Shown here: positions 18,342 to 27,841 of the stretch, piece by piece | Layout: every line of letters starts with the position of its first letter | Numbering within the stretch: position 1 is the first letter of the stretch | NCBI GenBank assembly: GCA_038212275.1 | Contig: JBBQUR010000012.1 | Span: 93,115-157,114 of the forward strand | Direction of reading: 5' to 3' | Length of the DNA stretch: 64,000 nt | DNA from: Planctomycetota bacterium | Lineage (GTDB): Bacteria; Planctomycetota; B15-G4 | Program-made: the position numbers and the translations under genes | Notes under the pieces: model-generated | Database searches by the model: none | The model's input: only the letters and a program-made list of their open reading frames with translations | Told to the model about the DNA's origin: nothing

Positions 18342-19265
18342 ATGACCATGCGAAGATCAACCCTGCACCGTCATCGCGCGGGCCTGCTGTTCCTGGCGCT
18401 CGTGCTGCCAGGTGCGCCTGCCTTTGCGCAGGACGACGGTCGCCCCCCCGAAGGCACGGACTCGGCCCAGTCCGCCGAGGCGGCTGCCCAGGCTGCCGAT
18501 GCCGCTGCCATGGGTGCCGTCGAGATCATGGACGCGGCACTGAACGACCGCGACCCGGCAAAGATCAAGCCGGTGTTCACCACGCTCGACGAGCAGTGGG
18601 CGAACCTGTCGCCGAAGACCATCAAGCGCGTGAACAAGTCGATCAGCGGGATGTTCGCGAAGCTCAAGCCGCGTGAATCGCGCGACATCGACACGCTGGG
18701 CGAGGACGCGAAGAACGGCCGCTTCGACCCGGAAGAAGGCAGCCGGAGACTTGCCACCGACACGCAGAAGCAGGACGTGCTCGACTGCTATCACTCGGCG
18801 ATCGGCCTGCTGTACGACAAGCCGGACGGCCCCGCTGTGCTGCTGCCAGTTCTCAAGTTGCAGCACGTGAAGGTCTGGCCCGACGTGCAGGTGCTGGTGC
18901 TCGAAGGCCTCGGCTATCGCGGAGAGGGGGCGCTCGAGAAGGAATTCGAAGGCTATCTGCGCCACGAGAATCCGGCGGTCGCGTCCGCCGCCGCGAGCGC
19001 GATGGGACATCTGCAGGACCAGCCGATGGATGTTCGTCGCCGCGCCGTGACCGCGCTGGTGGATGCGTTCAGCGCCGCACAGAAGGCTTCCGACAAGGAG
19101 GCCTCGAAGGTCGGCGAGGACGACGAGCGCCCCGCGCGTCGCTATTACTCCAGCGTGATGCTCGCGTTCCGGGAAGCGCTCACATCCCTGACGCGCCAGT
19201 CGTTCGACAAGCCCCCCGAATGGCGCGAGTGGCTCGACGCTCACGGCAAGGATGCCTCCTGGTGA
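18342..19265 (+). CDS. secreted protein with HEAT/PBS-lyase-like repeats
   Basis: MTMRRSTLHRHRAGLLFLALVLPGAPAFA signal peptide (aa76 of ORF 18117..19265); alpha-helical repeat-like ENPAVASAAASAMG segments. Confidence 0.55.
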   Translation: MTMRRSTLHRHRAGLLFLALVLPGAPAFAQDDGRPPEGTDSAQSAEAAAQAADAAAMGAVEIMDAALNDRDPAKIKPVFTTLDEQWANLSPKTIKRVNKSISGMFAKLKPRESRDIDTLGEDAKNGRFDPEEGSRRLATDTQKQDVLDCYHSAIGLLYDKPDGPAVLLPVLKLQHVKVWPDVQVLVLEGLGYRGEGALEKEFEGYLRHENPAVASAAASAMGHLQDQPMDVRRRAVTALVDAFSAAQKASDKEASKVGEDDERPARRYYSSVMLAFREALTSLTRQSFDKPPEWREWLDAHGKDASW

Positions 19266-19861
19266 GTGTCTGGGGTCTGATCCGCACCAGGCTGATCAAC
19301 CCGCTCGTCCGGGCGCAGGGCACGCCCAAATCGATTGCGCGCGGAACCGCGCTCGGCACGTGGCTCACGCTCACGCCGACCGTCGGCATCCAGATGACCA
19401 TCGCCGCGTTCATCGGCATTCCGTGGGGAGCGAACATGCCGATCGCGATCGCCATCATCTGGCTCTCCAACCCCTTCACGATCATTCCGCTCTACTACAG
19501 CTACTACTGGTTCGGGACAGTGCTCCTTCCCGGCCCGGCGCGCTCCTACGCCGACGTGACGGACGCGGTGAGAGTGCGCATCGAGGCCGTCACGCAGCAC
19601 GGCGAGGGCGTCCTGACGGCATTGCGGACGCTGGGGGCGGACATCGGCACCCCGATGGTCGTGGGCTCTCTGGTCATCGCCACGGGGATTGCCGTTCCGG
19701 CGTACTTCATCACGCTGCACTGGGCGCAACGGCGGCAGGCGCGAAGGCAGCGGGAACACGAGGCGGCGGGCGCCGTCCAATCGCCTGTCGTCCCGCCGAC
19801 GGGTTTCGGTGGGCCACTTCCGCCCGCCGTGCCCGGCACCCCGAAGGCCAGCAGCCCGTGA
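19262..19861 (+). CDS. DUF2062-family membrane protein
   Basis: GTG at 19262 overlaps upstream TGA (GTGA); RGTALGTWLTLTPTVGIQMTIAAFIGIPWGANMPIAIAIIWLSNPFTIIPLYY matches DUF2062 topology/motifs. Confidence 0.65.
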   Translation: MSVWGLIRTRLINPLVRAQGTPKSIARGTALGTWLTLTPTVGIQMTIAAFIGIPWGANMPIAIAIIWLSNPFTIIPLYYSYYWFGTVLLPGPARSYADVTDAVRVRIEAVTQHGEGVLTALRTLGADIGTPMVVGSLVIATGIAVPAYFITLHWAQRRQARRQREHEAAGAVQSPVVPPTGFGGPLPPAVPGTPKASSP

Positions 19862-21453
19862 CCGACAGCGACGACCTCCTCACCCTGCAAGTCGACGGCG
19901 ACGACGGCGACGACGGCCGCCAGGACGCAGGCGCACCGAGCGCGCGTCGCGTGGAGGCCAGCGATACCTCTGGCGCCACGGGAGGCCGGTCGACAGCGCG
20001 AAGCCCGGTCGGACTGAGCGGTTCCGAGCTGGTGACGCTGTCCTCGGAGGCGCGCCTTGCGACGGCGTTGCTGCTGCAGGCACAGGCGCTGGAAGGCATG
20101 CGGCAGGCGCATTCCGACCTGCTCTCCAGACTGGATGCAGGCGGCGGCGCGCGGCGGTCCGAGGAACTGCACTCGGCTCTGCGCGAAGTGCAGCAGGTGC
20201 AGCAGCAGACGCTCGGACAGCTCGCGCGGGCGCGCCATCGTGCAAGCCAACGCACGGCGATGTTCGTCGCGTTGCTCGTGCTCGGGGCCCTGGCTGCGGG
20301 GTGGCTCGTGCAATCCTCGCGTGCCGATGTGAGCCGCGCCGTTGCCGACGCCCGGGCCGAACTGGTTGGAAAAGCGGCTGCAGACCGGGCCGATCTCGAG
20401 ACTTCCCTCAAGGCAGCCATGACCGCGACCGCAAGCCAGCAGGACGCGATGCTTGAAGAGCTCGTTGCGGGCCTGCGCGGCAACGAGGCGCAGCTGCGTG
20501 ATCGTCTGGATCGCACGAGTACCGAGCGCGACGAGGCACGCGCGCAGTTGGCCGGCAAGCATCAGGAGGTCGCCGGGCTTCAGTCCGAACTAGTCGCTGA
20601 AACACAGGGCCGCGACTCGATGGAACTGGAGCTGCACAAGACGCGCGACGAACGCAATCGACAGATCGGCGAGGCGTCACGGCTGCGCGAGCAGCTCATC
20701 GATCGGGACCGGCAGCTCGAAGAGTTGACCAACACGATCAGCAAGGTGCGAACGGACATGGAGGCCCGGGCAGCAGCCCCGGACGGCCGGATCGTGAACT
20801 CGGCCATTCACCCGGAATCGTTCGCGGGGCGGTTGACGACGGCGCTCCGAGGCAGCGGCGCCAAGGAAGCGACGGTCCTCGAAGCAGGTCCGGTGGTCGA
20901 CGGCGCGCTCACCGGAGTGCTCGTGATGCTTGGAGGCTCCGACAGCGTCTCAGGGCGCGTGGTGCGCGCAGAGACGGCCCGGCTGCTTGTGGAGCGCGGC
21001 ATGGCGCTGCTGCGGCTCGAGTCCGTGCAGGAGCCGGACCGCGAGACTCCCACCGCGAGCCTGGACGTCGCATTGCCCGAACTTGATCCGGCGGCATGGC
21101 GAGCGCTCGGCCTGGAGGCGCCGGGCGACTTCGTGCCGATTTCGAAGGTGTCCGAAGCGCTTGGAGCGCTGTTGTCGCCACAGGGATACGTCGTCGTCCG
21201 GCTCGAGAGCTTCGATGGTCTCACGCTGGGTGGACTTGAACTGCGCCAGGAGGACACCCGAGGGACCTGCTTGCGCACCTTGATGGCAGCGACAGGAGAG
21301 GTCCGACCGGTCGGGCCGGAACTGGCACTGGAAGGCGGCTCGATTCTCGTGGGCGACGATGCCCGCCCGTTTTTTCAGGGGCAATGCCGAGTGCCGCTGC
21401 CCGGTGCCGACTATGGCGCCTGGCTGGCGGCCACGAGGAGCGACTCGAAGTGA
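19858..21453 (+). CDS. membrane-anchored coiled-coil protein with C-terminal globular domain
   Basis: GTG at 19858 overlaps DUF2062 TGA (GTGA); N-terminal DGDDGDDG, one TM helix MFVALLVLGALAAGWLV, ~200 aa heptad-rich region (LQSELVAETQGRDSMELELHKTRDERNRQIGEASRLREQLIDRDRQLEELTNTISKVRTDMEA). Confidence 0.55.
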   Translation: MTDSDDLLTLQVDGDDGDDGRQDAGAPSARRVEASDTSGATGGRSTARSPVGLSGSELVTLSSEARLATALLLQAQALEGMRQAHSDLLSRLDAGGGARRSEELHSALREVQQVQQQTLGQLARARHRASQRTAMFVALLVLGALAAGWLVQSSRADVSRAVADARAELVGKAAADRADLETSLKAAMTATASQQDAMLEELVAGLRGNEAQLRDRLDRTSTERDEARAQLAGKHQEVAGLQSELVAETQGRDSMELELHKTRDERNRQIGEASRLREQLIDRDRQLEELTNTISKVRTDMEARAAAPDGRIVNSAIHPESFAGRLTTALRGSGAKEATVLEAGPVVDGALTGVLVMLGGSDSVSGRVVRAETARLLVERGMALLRLESVQEPDRETPTASLDVALPELDPAAWRALGLEAPGDFVPISKVSEALGALLSPQGYVVVRLESFDGLTLGGLELRQEDTRGTCLRTLMAATGEVRPVGPELALEGGSILVGDDARPFFQGQCRVPLPGADYGAWLAATRSDSK

Positions 21454-22334
21454 GCGGCGCCGAAGCCCTGGAGCAGTTTCTGAGGGCGAGCCGCGAACTC
21501 GTCGAGCCCGCGATCTCCGCATGGTTGCCTTCCGAGGCACAGGCCGGTCCGCTGGCGGCGGCCATGCGCCACATCGCTTTCGCCGGTGGCAAGCGGCTCC
21601 GGCCCGCGCTGGCGCTGCTCGGATGCCGGCACGCCGGGGGGCAGCCCGAGCAGGCGCTCGGCGCTGCGGTCGCCGTCGAGCTGATTCACGCCTATTCGCT
21701 CGTGCACGACGATCTGCCGTGCATGGACGATGCCACGCTCCGCCGCGGCAAGCCCTGCGTCCACATCGTCTGGGGTGACGGTCTCGCCGTCCTGGCGGGG
21801 GATGGGCTGCTGACGCTCGCCTTCGAGGTGCTCGCGCGACACACGCCACCGGGCTGCCCCGTGGGTGCCATGGTGGTGGCGCTCGCTGACGCCGCAGGCT
21901 GGTCCGGGATGGTTGGCGGGCAGGTCGAGGACCTGGCGGCCGAGGGACAGGTTCCCGACCTCGATCGCGTGCGCCGCATTCACGCCGGCAAGACGGCCGC
22001 CATGATGGCGGTGTCGCTGCAACTCGGCGCCCTGGCGGGGGGCGCCACCGCCCGGGATGCTGCTGCACTCGCCCGGGCAGGGCGCGATTTCGGCCTGGCC
22101 TTCCAGATCGTCGACGATCTTCTGGACGTCCAGGGCACCACCGCCGAACTGGGCAAGCAGGCGGGCGCAGACGCAGAACGGGCAAAGATGACATGGCCGG
22201 CGGTGGCTGGCGTGGAACAGAGCTGGCGCGACGCGCGGGATCTCGTGTCCGGAGCGCTGGACGGCATCCCGCCAGGCGTTTGCCGCCCGCTGCTCGAGGC
22301 ACTCGGGGCGACCATCGTGCCGCGGCGATCCTGA
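21450..22334 (+). CDS. ispA: (2E,6E)-farnesyl/geranyl diphosphate synthase (polyprenyl synthetase)
   Basis: LIHAYSLVHDDLPCMDDATLRRGKPCVH first Asp-rich motif; GTG at 21450 overlaps upstream TGA; precedes dxs as in the classical ispA-dxs arrangement. Confidence 0.9.
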   Translation: MSGAEALEQFLRASRELVEPAISAWLPSEAQAGPLAAAMRHIAFAGGKRLRPALALLGCRHAGGQPEQALGAAVAVELIHAYSLVHDDLPCMDDATLRRGKPCVHIVWGDGLAVLAGDGLLTLAFEVLARHTPPGCPVGAMVVALADAAGWSGMVGGQVEDLAAEGQVPDLDRVRRIHAGKTAAMMAVSLQLGALAGGATARDAAALARAGRDFGLAFQIVDDLLDVQGTTAELGKQAGADAERAKMTWPAVAGVEQSWRDARDLVSGALDGIPPGVCRPLLEALGATIVPRRS

Positions 22335-22392
22335 AACTCGTCGGTCGCGGCCGCAGGACTCGAGGCGGGCAGGTCTGACCCGGTTTATGTAG

Positions 22393-22407
22393 GGTGTGTC
22401 ACACACC
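22393..22407. promoter_or_regulatory. near-perfect 15-bp palindrome GGTGTGTcACACACC about 30 bp upstream of dxs start
   Basis: 7-bp arms perfectly complementary around a single central base; located in 103-bp ispA-dxs spacer. Confidence 0.5.
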
Positions 22408-22437
22408 GTTTCGCGACTGGAGCCCAGGTCCGCCCGC

Positions 22438-24351
22438 ATGTCCATCTTCGAACATGTCGACTATCCGGAGGACTTGCGCCGGCTCTCCGTGGATGACCTT
22501 CCGGTCCTCGCGGCGGACATGCGCGCGGAACTCATCGACGCGATCAGCCAGACCGGGGGGCATCTGGGCTCCGGGCTTGGAGTGCTCGAGCTGACGATTG
22601 CGCTCCACTACGTGCACGACTTCCGGAAGGACCGCCTGGTCTTCGATGTGGGACACCAGTGCTACCCGCACAAGCTGCTCACGGGACGCAAGCACCTCAT
22701 TCGTACCATGCGCCAGGCCGACGGATTGTGCGGCTTCCCGCATCCGGCCGAGAGCGAGTTCGATCTCTTTCACACGGGCCACGCGGGAACATCCATTTCG
22801 CTGGGGCTTGGGCTTGCGGCTGCGGACAAGCTGACGGGACACGGCGACCGCCGCACGGTTGTCGTGATCGGCGATGCGGGCTACGGCGCAGGTGTCGCGT
22901 TCGAAGCGATGAACCACGCGAGTGAGGCGGGCGTCGACCTGCTCGTGATCCTGAATGACAATGAGATGTCCATCAGCCCGACGGTCGGAGCGATGTCGCG
23001 CTACTTCACGCGCGTGCGCACCGGGCCGCTCATCACCGGCGCGAAAAAGGAACTGGCGGAGCTCATCCGGCATATTCCGGTCATCGGCGAGAAAGTGGAT
23101 CGCTCCATTCGCGAGAGTCTTGCGGTGATGAAGTCCGTGCTCGTGCCGGGGCATGTGTTCGAGGAGTTCGGTTTCAGCTATTTCGGCCCGATGGATGGCC
23201 ATGATCTCCCGCGCCTCGTGCATACGTTGCAGGATCTCAAGCAGCGACCCGGCCTCAGTTTCCTGCATCTCGTGACCAGGAAGGGCGCCGGTTGCGAAAT
23301 GGCGGCCGGCGATCCTCAGCGTCTGCACGGCGTGAAGGCGAAAGCCAAGCCGCCCGCCTCCGGGACGGCTGGGCAGGCTGCTGGCGCCGCCAGGATTGCG
23401 CGTCCGACGTACACGGACGTGTTCGCAGAGTGCGTGACGCGTCACGCGATGGACGATGCACGCATCGTCGGCGTCACGGCGGCCATGCCGGACGGCACCG
23501 GGCTCAAGCAGCTGGCCGAGGCGCTTCCCGGTCGATGCTTCGATGTCGGCATCTGCGAGCAGCACGCCGTGGCCTTTGGTGGTGGCCTCGCCAAGGGGAC
23601 CTTGCTGCCCGTCGTGGCCATCTACTCCACGTTCCTCCAGCGGGGTTATGACGAGCTCTTTCAGGAGCTGCTCATTCAGAACGCGCCCGTCGTGATCGCG
23701 CTGGATCGAGCCGGATTGGTTGAAGACGGAGCCACGCACCACGGCCTCTTCGATATTGCCTACCTCCGTACGCTCCCGAACGTGGTGCTCATGGCGCCGG
23801 CCAACGCCGAGGAACTCCAGGCGATGCTCGGCGCCGCCCTTTCGATGGGTGTTCCGGTTGCGGTTCGCTACCCGCGTGACAGTGCGCCGGCCGCCGACGG
23901 GCCCGTGGCACCCGTGGAACTCGGTCGTGCCGTCCGCCTGCGCAAGGGCTCCGACGTCGTGCTCGCCGCGTACGGCACCATGGTGCCTCTCGCAATGTCC
24001 GCGGCAAGGCATCTGGCAGACGCCGGCATCCAGGCGACCGTGATCAATGCACGCTTTGCCAAGCCCGTTGACGCAGCGATGATCAGTGCTTCACTCGAGC
24101 ACGCCAGGATGCTTGTCACGCTGGAGGAGCACGCGGTGTGCGGCGGGTTCGGATCTGCCGTCCTGGAAGCTCTGGCTGCACGCGACGGAATTCTCCCCCC
24201 TACGCTCATGATCGGGGTCCCTGACAGGTTCATCGAGCATGGCTCGCGGGACAGCTTGCTGGCGAAGCTCGGCTTCACGCCACAGGCTATCGCGGACAGG
24301 GTCCTGCAAGCCTTGCGCGTGGGCGCTCTTCAGCCCGTCAGCGGCAGCTAG
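22438..24351 (+). CDS. dxs: 1-deoxy-D-xylulose-5-phosphate synthase
   Basis: MSIFEHVDYPEDLRRLSVDDLPVLAADMRAELIDAISQTGGHLGSGLGVLELTIALHYV... thiamine-diphosphate and transketolase-like blocks throughout. Confidence 0.95.
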   Translation: MSIFEHVDYPEDLRRLSVDDLPVLAADMRAELIDAISQTGGHLGSGLGVLELTIALHYVHDFRKDRLVFDVGHQCYPHKLLTGRKHLIRTMRQADGLCGFPHPAESEFDLFHTGHAGTSISLGLGLAAADKLTGHGDRRTVVVIGDAGYGAGVAFEAMNHASEAGVDLLVILNDNEMSISPTVGAMSRYFTRVRTGPLITGAKKELAELIRHIPVIGEKVDRSIRESLAVMKSVLVPGHVFEEFGFSYFGPMDGHDLPRLVHTLQDLKQRPGLSFLHLVTRKGAGCEMAAGDPQRLHGVKAKAKPPASGTAGQAAGAARIARPTYTDVFAECVTRHAMDDARIVGVTAAMPDGTGLKQLAEALPGRCFDVGICEQHAVAFGGGLAKGTLLPVVAIYSTFLQRGYDELFQELLIQNAPVVIALDRAGLVEDGATHHGLFDIAYLRTLPNVVLMAPANAEELQAMLGAALSMGVPVAVRYPRDSAPAADGPVAPVELGRAVRLRKGSDVVLAAYGTMVPLAMSAARHLADAGIQATVINARFAKPVDAAMISASLEHARMLVTLEEHAVCGGFGSAVLEALAARDGILPPTLMIGVPDRFIEHGSRDSLLAKLGFTPQAIADRVLQALRVGALQPVSGS

Positions 24352-24586
24352 CAGGGGGCCACTGGCGCCTGCCGATCGTCAAGTTCCGGCGCTCGAACAG
24401 GCTGGCTGGCCTGGGTCGAGTTCCGGACATGAGGGTTCTGTCAGCAGGAATTGGCGGTTGCCGTCCGTGGCTGTCGGTGCGGGCGTAGAAAGCATCCGTT
24501 GCGGCCGTACCCGCGATGCTCTCAATCCGCACCGGCCCGCGCGCCGAAGTCCCAGTTGGCCAATCTCATCGGATAGACTCCGCCTC

Positions 24587-27500
24587 ATGTTCAAGCTGAT
24601 TTCAGTTTTGATGGCCGCTCTGCTCTGGATCTCTCCGGGGCTCCAGGCCCAGACGCCGGGCGCATATCCGCACCTCGTCCTGACGGACGGCCACGGAACA
24701 TCGATTCCGGGGCCGGGTGGCCCCTTCGACAACTCGGGGCTGTTTCCGGCCTTCTCGGGCTTGTCCTTCAAGGCTCAAGTGACCTACCAGTCGGCCGGGC
24801 AGCCGAACAGCAATGTTCTGTGGGGCCTCCTCGTGTCGGTGGCCAAGACTCCCCTGCCGCTCAATGTCACGCCTCCCTCCCTCCTGACGATGCCCCCCTT
24901 CATCCTGATGCTGCCGGTACCGCCCAACCTGAGCGGAGGGGGATTCGGCGAGATGCCGCTCTACGTGCCGGCGGGCGTGTATTCGGCGGAGACATACGTG
25001 CAGGGCATGGTGTACGACGTGACTTCGGCGCCGACGATGCGCCTCACGAACGGGCTCAAGGTCACGGTCGAGGTGCCCCAGTTCTCGGTGAACCTCGTGT
25101 TCACCCGCAGCAAGCCTGCCGGTGGCGATGGGCAACTCAAGGACGTGGGCGTCATCGACATCGATGCCGACACGCTGAACACGCTCAAGCCGATCGGCAC
25201 GAAGGCGCCACCCGAGGCTCTGCCGGGCCCTCCGCCGCTGGCAGATGACTACCGATTTCTCGCGATCCTTCCCAACGCCGGCGATGAACCAGTCAACCCG
25301 CTGGCGCGACCGATCACCCGCATCCAGGGAAGCGTCGCGTTCGATGCGACGACAATTCCCGTGAAGGACACTCGGTACTTTCCGACGACGGGCCGGATCC
25401 TGATCGCATTCTCGGCGGGCGATCCCGCACAGAACAACCTGTGGAAGTCCAAGGCGACCACGACCCTTGCGCCCAATGCCGAAGTCGTCAGTTACAACGG
25501 CACGACCCCCACGAGTTTCCTCAATTGCAAGCGCGCCCAGCTGGGTTCGAGGGGTTCCTCCGTTGCCGGAGGATTCTTCCACGTGAACGACGAGATGGTG
25601 GTGGGGTTCTTCACCATGGCGACCACGGTGGATGCCCGGTTGCGGACTCGCGTGGGACTTGACGCCGACAATCGTGACACTCCGCACGTTGTCGTCCCGC
25701 AATTCACCTTCGATGCAGGGGGCGACCTCGGAACGGTCACGCGCGATCTGGACATCTATCGCTACGAAACCCTCGCAAACAAGATCCAGGGTTTCATGGT
25801 GCTCGACCGCATCACGGGCTTGTGGCGCGCGATACCGGGCACGGCGAAGAATGAATTGGAAGGGCGGTGGGACCCGATGGTGGCCATCGCGCCGGATGGG
25901 CGCAGCATGATCGCGCACCTGGAAATTCCAGGCGGCCTGTTTGGCTGGGACAACAACCCGGATGGAATCGTGGCCATCCGCCTGGATGGGCTGAACTGGC
26001 CTGCCAGCGGCAGCGAGGCCTGGATGATTCCCTACCAGACGGATCCGGATCCCGTCAATTCCATCGTGAGCGATGTGCGCTCGCGTCGTGTCTGGATGCC
26101 TGCTGCGGCGATCATCGGAGCCAATCCGGACAACTACGTCGCGTACGTCGGACTTGCTCACAAGTGGAGGCTCAATCCCAACAGTCCGGGCAGTGGCAAC
26201 CTGCCTGACTTCGGATACGAGGCGGAGTACGTCGCTGAAGAGGTGATCGTCCGCGACATGATCGAGTGTCCGCTCACACCGCCCGCTTCGACAAAATCGG
26301 TGCCATCGATGCCGAGGCCTTATCTCACCGGCTCGTTCGGCAACAACGGACAGGGAGGCAAGATCATTCGCTTCGATCCTGACGTGCAGCGATTGGTCAA
26401 CAACACGCAGCTCCTGCTCACCGCAGGGGCCGCTGGGAGCAAGGAGGATGTGTTCGTCATTCGAAGCGTCTCGGTGGGGCAGGACGGGGCACCACACCAC
26501 TCGCTCGTGAATCTCTCCGGATTCACGCAAGCTCAGGAAAGCAACCTGCAGACGGATGTCCGGGCGTTCAGATCCGGCGGGCACGGCAACGGGCGGAAAG
26601 TCGCCGTGTCGCCTGACAATTCGCGTGTTGCGTGGGCCTTCAAGGACCGATTCAACACTGGCGACGAACGCCGCGATTGGCTCAACGTGGCGTCCACCAG
26701 CGGCTCGAGCTACAGCAAGATCAAACACGTCTACAAGAACGCCAACGAGCAGTTCAAGATTGCCGGGCCCCTTACGAATGACCGTGCGATCTGCGGCTTG
26801 CGCTTCATCGACAACACGCGTCTCATCTTCATGATGGGTCTGGACAGGTACGACGATCCCCTCGCCGTGAACTCCAGCAATGCTCCGCAGATGGACCTGT
26901 TTCTCTACGACACCACGACCGATGTCATCACCAATCTGACCAAGACCGGAAACGCGGCGGGCGACGGATTTTCGGCCTTGGGGCAGATGACTCCGGCCGG
27001 ATACTTCGCTGCTCCAGGAGGGGGTTTTGCCTACGTGATCCGGGCGGGAGGCATTGGTTCGGTTCAGTTCCCGAGCAGCCCCTCGCTATTCCTGACGCCA
27101 GGCACGGCTGTCACGAACATCATCGGCATCAACATGGCCACGCTGGACGTGTTCGCCGTGACCGGGACCGAGATCAGCGGATCTGCGCTCGTCCCGAATC
27201 TGACGCTCGCTTCGGGTGACTTGGCTGCCCCGTCGGAGACTGTTGCTTCGATGAACTTCGTCTCGGCAACTGGCGTGCAGGACGGGATCATCTATTTCAG
27301 CGCTCATCGGGCGGGAGGCAATGGATCGGATGACGTGTTCGCGCTTGATCGCGACAGTCCGTTCGTCACGTTCGGGGCAACCAGTGCGACCATGTCCGGC
27401 GTGCACGTCACCAACATCGCGCCCGACCCGTATGGCGGTCGCGTTGCCTTCGCCCGCACGGCAACAAGCGATGCATTCGGCCCGACGCAGCATCCGTACG

Positions 27501-27826
27501 TGGTGGATCTCGACAACTTCCTGTTCGAGCGTGATCTGCTGCCGAAGTATGTCTCCGGAGGCAATCCTCTCGGGCGCGTGATGGATGGCAGTTTTCATTT
27601 CATCGCGCCGACTGGAAGCGCTGGCGACGCATTCGTGTTTGCATTCGGTCTTATCGCACTGAACGGGGGAATTGCCGGTCTGGCCACGCCGGCCTACTAC
27701 CCCCTCGGCGCCGTGTCGGACCTGCTCGCCGAGCCGATCCCCGTGATCATTCCGCTGGTCGACACGTTTCTTCTCGGCCAGGACTTCCGGTTTTACATCG
27801 CCGCAGCAGGGCCGTCGAAGAACTGA
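24587..27826 (+). CDS. large secreted protein with PD40/WD40-like beta-propeller-type repeats
   Basis: Signal peptide MFKLISVLMAALLWISPGLQAQ (aa117 of ORF 24239..27826); repeated xAxxPDGxxxA segments (VAIAPDGRSMIA, AVSPDNSRVAWAF); visibly lower GC and more A/T-ending codons than flanking genes. Confidence 0.65.
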   Translation: MFKLISVLMAALLWISPGLQAQTPGAYPHLVLTDGHGTSIPGPGGPFDNSGLFPAFSGLSFKAQVTYQSAGQPNSNVLWGLLVSVAKTPLPLNVTPPSLLTMPPFILMLPVPPNLSGGGFGEMPLYVPAGVYSAETYVQGMVYDVTSAPTMRLTNGLKVTVEVPQFSVNLVFTRSKPAGGDGQLKDVGVIDIDADTLNTLKPIGTKAPPEALPGPPPLADDYRFLAILPNAGDEPVNPLARPITRIQGSVAFDATTIPVKDTRYFPTTGRILIAFSAGDPAQNNLWKSKATTTLAPNAEVVSYNGTTPTSFLNCKRAQLGSRGSSVAGGFFHVNDEMVVGFFTMATTVDARLRTRVGLDADNRDTPHVVVPQFTFDAGGDLGTVTRDLDIYRYETLANKIQGFMVLDRITGLWRAIPGTAKNELEGRWDPMVAIAPDGRSMIAHLEIPGGLFGWDNNPDGIVAIRLDGLNWPASGSEAWMIPYQTDPDPVNSIVSDVRSRRVWMPAAAIIGANPDNYVAYVGLAHKWRLNPNSPGSGNLPDFGYEAEYVAEEVIVRDMIECPLTPPASTKSVPSMPRPYLTGSFGNNGQGGKIIRFDPDVQRLVNNTQLLLTAGAAGSKEDVFVIRSVSVGQDGAPHHSLVNLSGFTQAQESNLQTDVRAFRSGGHGNGRKVAVSPDNSRVAWAFKDRFNTGDERRDWLNVASTSGSSYSKIKHVYKNANEQFKIAGPLTNDRAICGLRFIDNTRLIFMMGLDRYDDPLAVNSSNAPQMDLFLYDTTTDVITNLTKTGNAAGDGFSALGQMTPAGYFAAPGGGFAYVIRAGGIGSVQFPSSPSLFLTPGTAVTNIIGINMATLDVFAVTGTEISGSALVPNLTLASGDLAAPSETVASMNFVSATGVQDGIIYFSAHRAGGNGSDDVFALDRDSPFVTFGATSATMSGVHVTNIAPDPYGGRVAFARTATSDAFGPTQHPYVVDLDNFLFERDLLPKYVSGGNPLGRVMDGSFHFIAPTGSAGDAFVFAFGLIALNGGIAGLATPAYYPLGAVSDLLAEPIPVIIPLVDTFLLGQDFRFYIAAAGPSKN

Positions 27827-27841
27827 CGTGGCGGGGACCTG

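Noticed and set aside
15890-18360. Long minus ORFs (15890..17323, 17320..18360) opposite pabB/pabC
   Set aside because: Antisense to genes with chorismate-binding and class-IV PLP signatures.
19252-21453. 733-aa plus ORF starting at 19252
   Set aside because: N-terminal 200 aa are out-of-frame overlap with the DUF2062 gene (R/H/D-rich junk). The real gene starts at the GTG at 19858.
24602-26728. 708-aa minus ORF opposite the large secreted protein gene
   Set aside because: Antisense to a gene with signal peptide and repeat structure. Arg/His-rich, no motifs.
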